DNA of 63,406 nt, filler included, from Octopus bimaculoides (lineage: Eukaryota), in the NCBI RefSeq assembly GCF_001194135.2. It is 6 parts of 5 records of this genome, joined end to end, with 100 filler letters (N's around TTAATTAATTAA, not from the genome) between each part and the next. Parts side by side here need not be neighbours in the genome. Positions count along the whole stretch, not along the records: positions 1 to 11,721 come from NC_068989.1; positions 11,822 to 18,466 come from NC_068985.1; 4 more parts are not named here. One strand, written 5' to 3'. The position numbers and the translations under genes were made by a program. This document shows positions 1 to 13,372 of this stretch, piece by piece. The notes beneath the pieces are model-generated. The model saw only the letters and a list, made by a program, of their open reading frames with translations. It ran no database searches and had not been told where the DNA came from. Every line of letters starts with the position of its first letter. Position 1 is the stretch's first letter.

Positions 1-767
1 TATATATATATATATATATAATTACATTCATAGATATGTATATATGTATGGGTGTATGTGTGTATGTGTGTGTGTGTGTGTGTGTGTGCATGTGTGCGTG
101 TATGTAAATATATGTGCATATACAGTTATTTTGATATTTCCTCTGTACATTTCCTAAGAAAACATTACGATACATCATCTCTTCATAGGAAATTATGACG
201 AAAAATTATTCCTTTCAAATATGAAAGAAACAAAAGCTGAAATACTTAAGAAGAAAAGTAAAAAAAAACTGAAAATGTAATAAGAAAAAAGGTAAATAAT
301 AACAGTAAAGATTCTAAGATAGACAGAACTAGGGTTTTAAAGCTAAATTTCCTTTGGTAAACAATAAAACAGAAAAGCCAGCCCCAGAGCTAACAGGCAA
401 AAATGTCCTGCAAAATAAATAATAAAAGAAGTATTATATAAAAATACTCAAATTTAGTGTAAGCCAATAAAAAAAAAAGAGATGAATTTCCTCCTACCTA
501 CATAAAACGTAAATAAGAAACAAATGATGGGAAGATAAAAAAAAAATCAAAAATACTTGATTCATATTATTGTTGTTGAGATCGAATCAGCTTATTTCCG
601 GTCTTGCTTAGCTTTTATTTGGAAGTATCTATTTATTTGATATCTTCGATTAAAATAGATATACTTGTGATACCTTGAAATTATATACAGAAACGAAAAC
701 GCTAACGGATAGACTAACCGACCACTAAACAAAGAGTTTCAAAAAGACAATAACTCTAAGAAATAAT

Positions 768-1173
768 ACTTTCTGCTATAGGCACAAGGTTTCAAATTCG
801 GTGGGTGGGGTGAACTAGTTGATTACATCGATCTCCAAAGAATAATCGTCCTCGGTAGAATTTGAACTCAGAACGGTAAGACGGACGAAATGTCGCTAAG
901 CATTTTGCCCGGCGTGCTAACGATTCTGGCAGCTCGCCGCCTTAACAATAAGAAAAATTCCTTCCTACTATAAGCCAAAGGCCTGAAATTTTAGGGGTGG
1001 GGACTAGTCGATTACATCAACCCCAGTGTTTCACTGGTACTTTATTTATCGACTCCGAAAGGATGAAAGACATAGTCAACCTCGGTGTAGTTTGCACTCT
1101 GAATGTAAAAGCGGACGAAATGCCGCTAAGCATTCTGCCCGCCGTCCTAACGATTCTGCCAGCACGCCACCTT
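768..1173 (-). mobile_element. Two head-to-tail copies of tRNA-derived SINE family A (768-943, 957-1173)
   Basis: Minus strand reads AAGGCGGCGAGCTGCCAGAATCGTTAGCACGCCGGGC...GTTCTGAGTTCAAATTC (A-box/B-box-like head) followed by a body of the GACTTTGCCTTTCATCCTTTCGGGGTCGATAAA type; both heads are preceded by TTTCTTATTGTT. Confidence 0.85.
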
Positions 1174-1454
1174 AACAATAAGAAATAATAACAGCAAAAA
1201 CAACATTGTTCGAGGAAGCTCCTGGGTGATCGTTCTGGGTTGCTAGATAAGGCAGTCGAATCTCTCTCTGAGCAAACACCAACTGTTTCAGAGGAAGATC
1301 TCCCACCACCGCCATAAAACCAAACCAAAAGACGAAAAAGATATTGTCCTTCCTGGTACCGCTGACACACGGAAAGAAACGGGAAGGTTACGAATGGAAT
1401 GCCGTTTATCGTAGACATGCTGGACCAGGGAAAATTTGGAGCTAATGTTAATGA

Positions 1455-2795
1455 TGGTTTTATGTTCCTAATTCAAATTTCGCCGAGGTCGACTTTGCCC
1501 TCCACCCTTTCACAGGCGATAAAATAAGTGCCAGTTGAGCACTAAAGTCGATGTAATCGACTTATTCTCTGTCCTAAAATTACTGGCCTGGTGCCAAAAT
1601 TTGAAACCAATATTAACGATAGTTTTAATATTTTGGCAAAAGATCAGCAATTTTTGAGAGGTAGGGGCAATGTGGATTATATCGATTATAGAACTTGAGT
1701 GCGACTTATATAATGAAGCTTGTAGGTGTAATCATATTAATCCCTCGCTTGAAATTTCTGGCCTTGTGCCAAAATTTGAAACCCTTATTCTGCCAGGGGG
1801 AAGGCGGTGAGCTGGCAGAAACGTTAGAACGCCGGGCGAAATGCTTAGCTGTATTTCGTCTGTCTTTACGTTCTGAGTTCAAATTCCGCCGAGGTTGACT
1901 TTGCCGTTCATCCTTTCGGGGTCGATAAATTAAGTACCAGTTGCGTACTGGGGTCGAATTAATCGATTAACTGCCTCCTCCAAAATTTCGGGTCTTGTTC
2001 CTAGAATAGAAAAGAATCGTTAGAATGCCGGACAAATTTCTTAATGGCATTTCGTCTGTCGACGTTTAGATTGACTTTGCCTGACATTTTTTTCGGATTC
2101 GATACAATAAGCACCAGTTGATTATTGGAGTCGATGTAATCGACTTACACATCCCCACGAAATTGCTGACCTTGGGTCAGAATTAAAAATCAATTTAAGT
2201 GGAACACAGCGATGGGCTGGCAGAATAGTTTCATCGTAAGACAAATTGCTTAGCGGTATTTTTTCTGGTTTTGCTTTCCGAGTTCAAATTCCGCAGAAGT
2301 CGACTACACTATTCATCTTTTCGGAGGTCGATAAAATAAGTATCTGTCAAGCACTGAGTATCGATAAAAATGACTTTATGCCACCCATAAAATTTCAGGC
2401 CTTTTGCCTAAAATAGAAAGAAGATAAGTAGAAGACAAAGCGGCGAGCTGGCAGAATCGTTACCGATCCGGACACAATGACGAAATGCTCAGCAGTCATT
2501 CATACATCATTTTACATTCTGATTTCAAGTCCTACCGAGGTCGACTTTGTGTTGTGCCTATAGTAGAAAGAAATATAATAGGGTGGCGAGCTGGCAGAAT
2601 CGTTAGCACGCCGGGCGAAATGCTTAGCAGTATTTCGTCTGCCGCTACGTTCTGAGTTTAAATTCCGCCGAGGTTGACTTTGCCTTCAATCCTTTCGGGG
2701 TCGATTAAATAAGTACCAGTTACGCACTGGGGTCGATATAATCGACTTAATCCGTTTGTCCCCTTGTTTGTCCCCTCTTGGGCTGTAAAGAAATA
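1455..2795 (+). mobile_element. Array of about six head-to-tail SINE family A copies (~1455-1615, 1801-2015, 2012-2195, 2209-2425, 2437-2578, 2580-2795)
   Basis: Repeated GGCGAGCTGGCAGAATCGTTAG heads, GAGTTCAAATTCC B-box, GTCGACTTTGCC..CATCCTTTCGGGGTCGAT body, GTCGATGTAATCGAC hairpin and 3' tails. Confidence 0.85.
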
Positions 2796-2861
2796 CAATT
2801 GGGAGGCCACAAATTTGGATGAGAACGAAGTTAATTAATTCAACTAACTTGCATAGATTAA

Positions 2862-2997
2862 CCCTTTGAGCCCTGACCGCCAGAACCTTATTTGACCTTA
2901 TACCTGGCACTCCACTGGTAATACGGCATAGATCGGTGCTACGGTATAGAGAAAAATAAACCATCTACCGATAAACCGGTATTACGGGCTCAAAGGG
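2862..2997. mobile_element. piggyBac-type MITE (136 bp)
   Basis: Perfect 12-bp TIRs CCCTTTGAGCCC (2862-2873) / GGGCTCAAAGGG (2986-2997) flanked by TTAA on both sides (2858-2861, 2998-3001). Confidence 0.85.
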
Positions 2998-3189
2998 TTA
3001 AGCTTTGAGACAAGCATATGACTATTGGCAAGGATGAAAAGCAAAGTTCACTTTGGTGAAATTTGAGCTCAAAATATAGAGACAGTATATATACCGCAAC
3101 ATATTTTATTCGATACTCTAACGATTCCCCCAAAGTCACTACTCTCTCGCCGTCTAATCCTTTCTAGTATTGACGTAGATTTTTTTAAC

Positions 3190-3830
3190 GGGAGGACTAA
3201 GTCAATAACATCGATCCCCGTGCTCAACTGTAATTTATTTCATCGACACCAAAAAGATAAAAGGCAAAGACGACTTCGGCGGTATTTGAAATCCGAGCGC
3301 AAAGACGGAAGAAATGGTATTAGGTATTTTATCCCATACGCTAACGATTCTGCAAGCTCACCGCCTTTCTTCTGCCATCTAATGATAACAATAGTAACCA
3401 GAATCCTTGTTCGATACCAGATCGATCTCAAAATCTAATCCGTTCGTGCCAGTCACGAGGCCAAACATCCCTAAAAGTTTCATCCGGATCTATCCGGCTG
3501 TTCTTGAGATATCTTGTCCACGGACAAACAAACAAATAAATACGATTGAAAGCAAAACCCTATCGCTAAGGCAGTAGTAATAACTGCATAGATAATAATG
3601 TTGGTACTAGAAGTTATGGTTATTGTTTCTCTTAGAGGCACACGGCCCGAAATATTGAAGGAGGAGACTATTCGATTACATCGACCACAGTGCTCAAATG
3701 GTACTTATTTTACGGATGCTTAAAGCAAAGTAGAACTCAGTGGAATTTGAACTCAGAACGTAAAGCCGGAAGGAATGCTGCTAACCATTTTGATCGGCGG
3801 GTTAACAATTCTGCCCAAGCGCCATCTAGC
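3190..3830 (-). mobile_element. Two SINE family A copies (~3190-3366, ~3630-3830) with an unclassified repeat fragment between them
   Basis: Reverse-complement SINE A heads (TAACGATTCTGCAAGCTCACCGCCTT; GAATTTGAACTCAGAACG) and tails. Confidence 0.7.
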
Positions 3831-4193
3831 AAGTGGTGATTATTATGTGATAATGGTGATGATGATGGCGAAGATCGTGATATCAATGGGAAATAATAAC
3901 AACAGCAGTATTCTCAGTAGCAGCAGTGGTCTCAGTAGCAGCAGCAACAGTGGTCTCAGTAGCAGCAGAAGTGGTCTCAACAGCAGCAGTAATTGTAGTG
4001 GTGGAAAAAAAGAGATATTTACGAATAGATAAGAAAATGCATTGGTTTACACAGGAAATGGTTGTTTGTATGAAATACAGATAATTGTTGTAGAACACGA
4101 TGTTTAAATATTGAACGTTATTTAGTTATTTATTCATCATGTGTGGTGACTGTGCATGTGGACATACACATATACAGACACAGCCATGCTCAT

Positions 4194-4194
<1 letters not shown>

Positions 4195-4265
<71 letters not shown>
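4195..4265. repeat. (CA)n microsatellite
   Basis: Pure CA run, directly visible. Confidence 0.95.
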
Positions 4266-4267
<2 letters not shown>

Positions 4268-4923
4268 TAATCTACACAGTATAAAAATAAGAGCTACTAA
4301 TAGCATATTGCTTTGGAGACACGCGTCTTGGCAGGTTTTTAAAACACACCTTGTGTATCTAAGCAGCATTCAGGCTCTGAGTGCATATGTGACAAGGTTG
4401 ATGCAAAAAGTGGAAGGAAGAATAAAAACGGAAAAAGAAAAGAAAGAATATACTGAACCTAGGTCCATGTGGTTGGGAAGCAAGCTTCTTACCACACAGC
4501 CACACCCGCGCCTATGGTAAAGTATGAATTATGCACCTGACATGGTAATTGTTTTTACAATTCATTCGAGAACATTCGAGAGAAATATAATTTTAACTAG
4601 CTTTTATAGCTCTTCGACTTATAACTAGTTTGATAAGTGTCAAAGCTCGAAACTCTCATAACTTGAGTAACTCTGATGCTTCTGCTAAGCATTAACCTCT
4701 TAACATACACATTTTCAATGCAAAAAATATATCTTTTATTATTTATTTTGAATCTGTATTTAACGAAGAATAAGCACAGAAATTATTTTGGATTAGTTAT
4801 GATTTATTATGAAGTTATTTATAGAAATTCTAGTTACTGATAGTTAATGATATAAAACGGGAATAACATCATGAACGAAGTATTTTGCTTTAGAAATAAG
4901 TGGCAGATACCTCGTATATTTTA

Positions 4924-5128
4924 TTCTTTACTCTTTTACTTGATTCAGTCTTTTGACTGTGGCCATGCTGGAGCGCCGCCTCTAGTCGAGCAACTCAACC
5001 TCAGGACATATTCTTTGGAGGCCTAGTACTTATTCTATCGGTCTCTTATGCCGAATCGCTAAGTTACGGGGACGTAAACACACCAGCATCGGTTGTCAAG
5101 CGACGTTGGGGGGACAAACACAGACACA

Positions 5129-5206
<78 letters not shown>

Positions 5207-5364
5207 TACGACGGGCTTCTTTCAGTTTCCGTCTACCAAATCCACTCACAAGGCTTGGTCGGCCCGAGGCTATAGTAGAAGACACTTGCCCAAGATGCCA
5301 CGCAGTGGGACTGAACTCGGAACCGTGTGGTTGGTAAGCAAGCTACTTACCACACGGCCACTCC
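4924..5364 (-). mobile_element. tRNA-derived SINE family B, full length, with internal (TA)n(TG)n
   Basis: Minus strand GGAGTGGCCGTGTGGTAAGTAGCTTGCTTACCAACCACACGGTTCCGAGTTCAGTCCCACTGCGTGGCATCTTGGGCAAGTGTCTTCTACTATAGCC...; homologous to 27091-27510 and 52364-52713. Confidence 0.9.
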
Positions 5365-5655
5365 ATATATATATATATATATATATGAATGTATGCGTGT
5401 ATGCTATATAATTTTATAAATTGCATGATATATCTATTTCCAAGTATTTTTATGTCGATAGAAAAAACTGTGCTCAGAACATTTTAGTTTTTATTTAATA
5501 AGACCACAGACTGCAGATAAATAAAAAGCACAAAACAAAATTAGAGGTTTGAAATCTGGTATGCTGTCATCTCTTCGCTGTTCATAAATAAGTATGAGTG
5601 GAGCACAGGTGTCGATGTAATAGACTTACACCTAAAATTACTAGTCTTGCACCAA

Positions 5656-6990
<1,335 letters not shown>

Positions 6991-7448
6991 AAAAATAGCG
7001 CTATTGTTGTTTTCTTTTTTATTGTTCTTATTGTTATTGTCATTTTTATTGATGTCTTGGTTGCTCCTTTCTACAGTTTTTTTCTTTTTAGGCATTTTTT
7101 GGTGTTGCTGTGTTTTAAATTAATCCAGGAATAAAATGTTTGACAGGAGGAAATTAGTTGTATTGCGTTTCGCTGGAAAGGTCATTGGGAACGAAATTTG
7201 ATATGGCTGTTTATTTTGCGAGGATGTGTTTGAATGTGTATAGGTAGTGGGTAAAGGGAAGGATTCGCTGTTGACAAACAACAAACGACATAATCCTTGT
7301 TATTGCTCTGTTCTGGTCTGGTCCCGCCTGGATCGCTTCATTTCTATGCGTCGATGTCTCTCTCATCCCTCTCAGTTATTTTTATATGTACGCAATTTTG
7401 TATAATTGTATACGTATAGAGTATGCACATGTCTTTCTCTCTCTTTCT

Positions 7449-7507
<59 letters not shown>

Positions 7508-8662
7508 NNNNNNNNNNNNNNNNNNNNNNNNNNNNNNNNNNNNNNNNNNNNNNNNNNNNNNNNNNNNNNNNNNNNNNNNNNNNNNNNNNNNNNNNNNNNN
7601 NNNNNNNNNNNNNNNNNNNNNNNNNNNNNNNNNNNNNNNNNNNNNNNNNNNNNNNNNNNNNNNNNNNNNNNNNNNNNNNNNNNNNNNNNNNNNNNNNNNN
7701 NNNNNNNNNNNNNNNNNNNNNNNNNGAAATGATGTTAGACACAAATAAACTTTTAATTTGCGATGACTGCATATATACATACCCATAAAATTTCAAGCGC
7801 TTACACATACATGTATACGCGAATGTGCCTATGTGTGTGTGAATGTGTGTGTGTGTGTGTGTGTGTGCGTGTGCGTGCGTGTGAGTGTGCCTGTTTCTAT
7901 ATTAGGTAAGCAGTTGTATCACTATATTGGAATACACCCTCTTATCTCACTTTAAATCCTACTAGAGTTGTATTTGCTTTCCATTCATGTGAAAAATGAG
8001 CTACACGGCATCAGCACGGAGATGTACGATTGCGTAGAAGTGTTTGCGTTGGTAGGCCTGTACAGTCGACACGCAAATAAAAGGTTTTATACAGAGAAAA
8101 CAACAACCACTCTAACTACCGTACAGATGAATAAAAACAAAAAACAAAAAAAACAGCGTAATATGAATAGTTAAGGAATTACATCTAAAAATTACCGCCA
8201 TAATTAATGTGAATATTTACACAGTTTAATTGAATCACTAGAGATAATGGCAAACATAATCTTTGCACACACATACATGCGTACAAACATAAGCACACAC
8301 ACAAGGACTCACATGCATACGTGCGTGTGTGTTTGTACGAAGGCCTTGATGAATGCTACTAGGCATGAAAATACGTATTAGCCTTTATATATTTAATTCT
8401 CTATATTGAATACTCAATATTTCATATATTCAATAAGACATATTTCATATATTCAATAAGACATTCAATACTTCATTTCATTTTACCATTTATTTTTATA
8501 TTATATATTATATATTATATATTCCATATTCTATATCCCACATTAATTTTACAAAAATATAAATAAAACATAAAAAACAGACAGAGTTGGAAATCTTTTA
8601 AATAAAATAATATATTCCTCTATACACGATCATACAAAACCCTTTTTTTGTATTTATTTTTA

Positions 8663-8700
<38 letters not shown>

Positions 8701-9019
8701 NNNNNNNNNNTGCTACTAGGCATGAAAATACGTATTAGCCTTTATATATTTAATTCTCTATATTGAATACTCAATATTTCATATATTCAATAAGACATAT
8801 TTCATATATTCAATAAGACATTCAATACTTCATTTCATTTTACCATTTATTTTTATATTATATATTATATATTATATATTCCATATTCTATATCCCACAT
8901 TAATTTTACAAAAATATAAATAAAACATAAAAAACAGACAGAGTTGGAAATCTTTTAAATAAAATAATATATTCCTCTATACACGATCATACAAAACCCT
9001 TTTTTTGTATTTATTTTTA

Positions 9020-9056
<37 letters not shown>

Positions 9057-9922
9057 GCACATATGTGTGTGCTTGTGTATGTGTGTGTGTGTACGAATAT
9101 GTATGCATATATATAAAATTAAAACCAACCACCTATTAATAGAAATCATAATCGCTCACGTACAGTCGTAACATTAATAGAAAATGATAACAAAACATTT
9201 ACAAGAAGCTATCTAATTTGGTTGTACATTACTACTACGACGCCCAGTACACAAGATAAAGGAGAAAATATTGCAATGCAGGTATATTTCCACACCTATA
9301 CACTCATTTACGTAAGAAATTGCACAGTTCTCTCCTAATATATCAAGAGACTGTAAAGGCTGGAAGTAAATAACAGTGCTATAATTTGAATAGTAGCACT
9401 ATAAATCAATAAATTGAAATGATGCCTAATTTATCTGAGAAGCACAGCAAATTCACAAGTGATGGATGAAAGACGAGAGATAATTTTGAAATGTCGGTAT
9501 GAGAATAAATAACTCTTTCACCTCTCGCTGGGATAGAATGACTAATATGGTGAGAAGCAAGTAAAATCATAATGTGTCGAAATCCGAATTCACAAATATT
9601 TGCCTTGAAGTACGTGCAAGTAAATGGAAAATCGGTGTGGAAACGTTGGTGTGCTTCAAAATTTGGAATACTTAAACACACACACACACACACACACAAA
9701 CACGCACACACACACACACACACACACAAGATCCAAGAATCGAAGAGTAGAAAGAAAGTTAGCTTCAAGCAAACCGTACCAAACAACTTTCAGGGACAAT
9801 AGTAGTCTATTGAGATGGAAAGTGGTGGATTTCCTCGTATCGATAAAAAGCTGAAAAAAATTCTTTCTATATTTCATGGTAGGCAACAGGGGTTGCTGGG
9901 TATGTAAATAAGAATACAAGAG

Positions 9923-10357
9923 TAAAGGAATGGAGTAGATAGGATCTGGGTTACATATGTTTCATACCGAGCGGAACCTCGGAAGTGGTAAATATCCAAA
10001 CGAGGTGTATACCGCAGGCTACTCTTCAGGCCAAGGATGTCTTGATTAATTGAATGTTTACATTGTCACAAAGAGGTACATGTTAACACATGAAAAAGTT
10101 CAATCAGAGACCACAGTAGGATTGGAGAATATGAATTAATATTCCTCACTCCTACTGTGCTCTCTACACGTTCTGATTGAATTTTCCATGTGTTAACATG
10201 TACCTCCTTGCGGCAATGTAAACTTTCATTTAATCAAGATATCCTCTGGTCTGAAGAGTAGCCTGCAGTGTACGTACACCTCGCTTGGATATTTATCACT
10301 TCCGCGGTTCCGCTCGCTTCGAAACATATGTAGCCCGGAACTTACCAACTCCATTCC

Positions 10358-10360
<3 letters not shown>
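9923..10360. mobile_element. ~438-bp foldback element / MITE (near-complete imperfect palindrome), TA-flanked
   Basis: Left arm TAAAGGAATGGAGT..GGGTTACATATGTTTC..GCAGGCTACTCTTCAG..GAGGTACATGTTAACACATG pairs with right arm CATGTGTTAACATGTACCTC..CTGAAGAGTAGCCTGC..GAAACATATGTAGCCC..ACTCCATTCCTTA; axis near 10135. Confidence 0.85.
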
Positions 10361-10412
<52 letters not shown>

Positions 10413-10629
10413 TCAGTAAATAGTGGGGTTGTGTTAACCGCACGTGGAGAAATAATAGGAAAATGATAAAAAGCCCAGCATTCTGGCTTTTTTTCATTTT
10501 CCTATATATACATATATATATATATTAGAGTAAGCTTTCTTACGGATGGAATTAAAAGTGTTATAACAGGCTGTCGTAAAGGGGAGTAATGCAATGATGA
10601 CACTTGGATAATCACTGATCATGTCTCGT

Positions 10630-11061
10630 ATTCTACATGTTTCAGCGATTGGACTGCGGATATGTTATGGTACCGCTTTGCAAGTACTTAGTATGTTTTT
10701 TTAAGTCAAATGTTTATTCTATCGGTCTCTTTGCCAGAACTTGCGGAGATGTAAACTAACTAATTAATACCAGTTGATGAAGAAATAAAACGCAAATACA
10801 AAGGCACACAGACAAAAATATATACTACATGCATACACATACACACGCGTGCGACAGAGACAGAGAGAGAGAGAGAAACAGAGACAGACAGACAGATATA
10901 TGAAAGGCTTCATTTTAGTTACCGTCTGTCAAATCCATTTTTAAGGCTTTGGTCGATGCGGCGCTATTGTAGAAGACACTTGCCCAAGGCGCCGGGCAGA
11001 AGAACTGAATCCGAGACGATATGATTGGGAAGTAACCTTCTTAAGCACATATCATGCCTGC
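10630..11061 (-). mobile_element. Diverged SINE family B copy
   Basis: GTAGAAGACACTTGCCCAAGG and TTATTCTATCGGTCTCTTTGCC match the reverse complement of family B. Confidence 0.65.
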
Positions 11062-11499
11062 TGAAGCGTGATATTACTGAAATCTACTCGTAGTATCTTG
11101 GGAGTGTAAGGGGTTCACTGTTTCTTTCTCCCCTTTTTCTTTCATTGGGCGTATCACAACTACTTCCCGCTAATGGATTACAAAACTCTTAACCCTTCGA
11201 AATGTGATGAGATATGATGATGCAACGGCCACGAACCTGAGTGATCGTAAGCTTCACATCAAGTTACTATAAGAAATTTGCTTCAATTTTGCAAGAAGCA
11301 CGCTTAATACTTTTGTTGCGTGAAGAGTGCTTCTCTGCCAGTTCTGTATCGAGTTATGTTGGTCCAGGGATTCTGAGATCTTATGAGAAATAATCGGGAG
11401 ATGAATACTTCTCCAGGAATTCACCACCAACTCGTAGGATGTCATTCTCTTCTAAGTGGAACACTGAGTTGATGTATTAATTTTGTTTATTGTGTATGA

Positions 11500-11530
<31 letters not shown>

Positions 11531-11821
11531 AGCATATATGTATATATATAATGTGGGTGAATAGATATATACATATGTGCAATTATATATGTATACATGT
11601 ATGTATACAAATACATATATTTATGTGTATATGTATATATGTATGCATATAAGTACGTATGAATGCCCAATATGTATGTATCTGTGTATGTATATATATT
11701 AATGTATGTATATGCGTGTAANNNNNNNNNNNNNNNNNNNNNNNNNNNNNNNNNNNNNNNNNNNNTTAATTAATTAANNNNNNNNNNNNNNNNNNNNNNN
11801 NNNNNNNNNNNNNNNNNNNNN

Positions 11822-12435
11822 CTAACCATTCTTCTATCCCAAGTTTCCTCATTGACCACCAGATAAGGGATCGGGGGACCCTGTCAAAGGCTTTCTCCAT
11901 GTCAACGAAAGCTAGGTACAGAGGTTTATCCTTGGCTAGGTATTTCTCCTGCAGCTGTCTTACTAGAAATATAGCATCAGTCATGCTTTTACCTGGCACG
12001 AACCCAAACTGCATCTCATCTAAATTGATTCACTCCCTAATTAGTTGGGCTATGACCCTCTCCGTAGCTTTCATAACCTTGATGCCTCTGTAATTATTTG
12101 TATCTAAAGCGTCACCTTTACCTTTGTAGCAGTTGACTATGGTGCTGCTACACCAATCATTGGGTATGACTCCTTCGTGTATCACCTGGTTTGTAATACG
12201 GGTGACTAGGCTATAGCTGACACTGCCAGATATTTTGAGCATCTCTGCAGTGATTCCTGATGGGCCGGGGGCTTTCCTTGTCTTCATACTCTTAATTGCT
12301 TTATCTACCATGGTACTGTCAATTTGGATAGCTGGTCCCTCTGTTGGGTTGGCATACGGCAGACTCACTTTCTCCCATTCATTCTCTTTATTAAGCAATC
12401 TATCGTAGTGGCATCTCCAGACCTCTTTCTTTTCG
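11822..12435 (-). pseudogene. RTE-clade LINE ORF2 fragment (RT N-terminal region), running into a gap
   Basis: KEVWRCHYDRLLNKENEW..KAPGPSGITAEMLK..IPNDWCSSTIVNCYKGKGDALDTNNYRGIK..QFGFVPGKS..FVDMEKAFDRVPR; contains a stop and a small deletion. Confidence 0.9.
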
Positions 12436-12715
12436 AGCGAGATCGTTGCCAGTGCCCCTGAACTGGCTCTTGTGCGGGTGGCACATAAAATACACCGTTG
12501 CTAGTACCGCCTGACTGGCCTTCGTGCGGGTGACACGTAAAAGCACCCACTACACTCTCTGAGTGATTGGCGTTAGGAAGGGCATCCAGCTGTAGAAACT
12601 CTGCCAAATCAGATTGGAGGCTGGTGTTGCCATCCGGTTTCACCAGTCCTCAGTCAAATCGTCCAACCCATGCTAGCATGGAAAGCGGACGTTAAACGAT
12701 GATGATGATGATGAT
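12436..12715 (+). mobile_element. 3' end of an RTE-associated retroposon with a (GAT)n tail
   Basis: GGCGTTAGGAAGGGCATCCAGCTGTAGAAACT..CCCATGCTAGCATGGAAAGCGGACGTTAAAC(GAT)n; two tandem GCCAGT..TGGCACGTAAAA-type units. Confidence 0.75.
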
Positions 12716-12959
12716 ATATATATCAATTGAATAAAGTTTTGAATAAATGGTCTGCTTTTCAAGTTTTTTTTTATGTTGAAGTGTGTTAAACATTAAAAAA
12801 AAATATTTTGTAACGTTCATTAAGTTCAATTAGTGCTTTCATACATTCGTAGTAAACATTAGATTTCAAAATGTATTTAATTGACAGTTGAGTTCTTGAC
12901 AACTGTAGTAAAATGACTGACTTCTTCCTTTTTATACCTTTTAGAAGGCTCAGGTTTTC

Positions 12960-13135
12960 AGATTGAAGATAGATTTTTCACAAATGCTGATATGAACTGC
13001 AACAGAAGAAATTTGATCTGCATTAAATGCTCTAATTGCGAGGCACTATATATTGGCAAGATAGGGAATGCATTATCGGAATGCTCTGGAACACGAATGT
13101 TCACCAAATTCCACTGAGTGAACACACACACACAC
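12960..13135 (+). pseudogene. Penelope-like element GIY-YIG endonuclease relic
   Basis: FTNADMNCNRRNLI-CIKCSNCEALYIGKIG..(shift)NVHQIPLSEH resembles the C-x-S-x-N-L-I-Y..CxxC..YIG motif of Penelope-like endonucleases. Confidence 0.55.
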
Positions 13136-13136
13136 T

Positions 13137-13372
13137 ATCATCATCTCTGTTATTATAGTGTCTACTTTGCCATGCTTGCATGGGCCACATAAAATCAACT
13201 TTCATCTGTTCCTAAGCCAGTTAATATTTCCATTAATCCTTTGAACACAAACAGTAAAATAGCCAGACTTATCTTCACACAAGATTGCAAATGAATTACA
13301 TAGTATAATGCAGTGGAACTGCACCTGAAACCATATGGTTGCACAAGAAACTTCTTAACCACACAGTCTTAA
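13137..13372 (-). mobile_element. Diverged SINE with a family-B-like tRNA head and RTE-type tail
   Basis: Minus strand GTGTGGTTAAGAAGTTTCTTGTGCAACCATATGGTTTCAGG...CCCATGCAAGCATGGCAAAGTAGAC then GATGAT. Confidence 0.5.

Noticed and set aside
8354-9051. Identical ~340-bp direct duplication either side of a 10-N gap (also 36164-36247 versus 36258 onward)
   Set aside because: Exact copies ending in the same microsatellite and flanking a minimal gap are typical unmerged contig overlaps.
11722-11821. TTAATTAATTAA centred in N runs (also 18467-18566, 49372-49471, 54781-54880, 62107-62206)
   Set aside because: Each block is exactly 44 N + 12 nt + 44 N = 100 bp. It is an artificial contig-joining spacer with stops in all frames, not biology.
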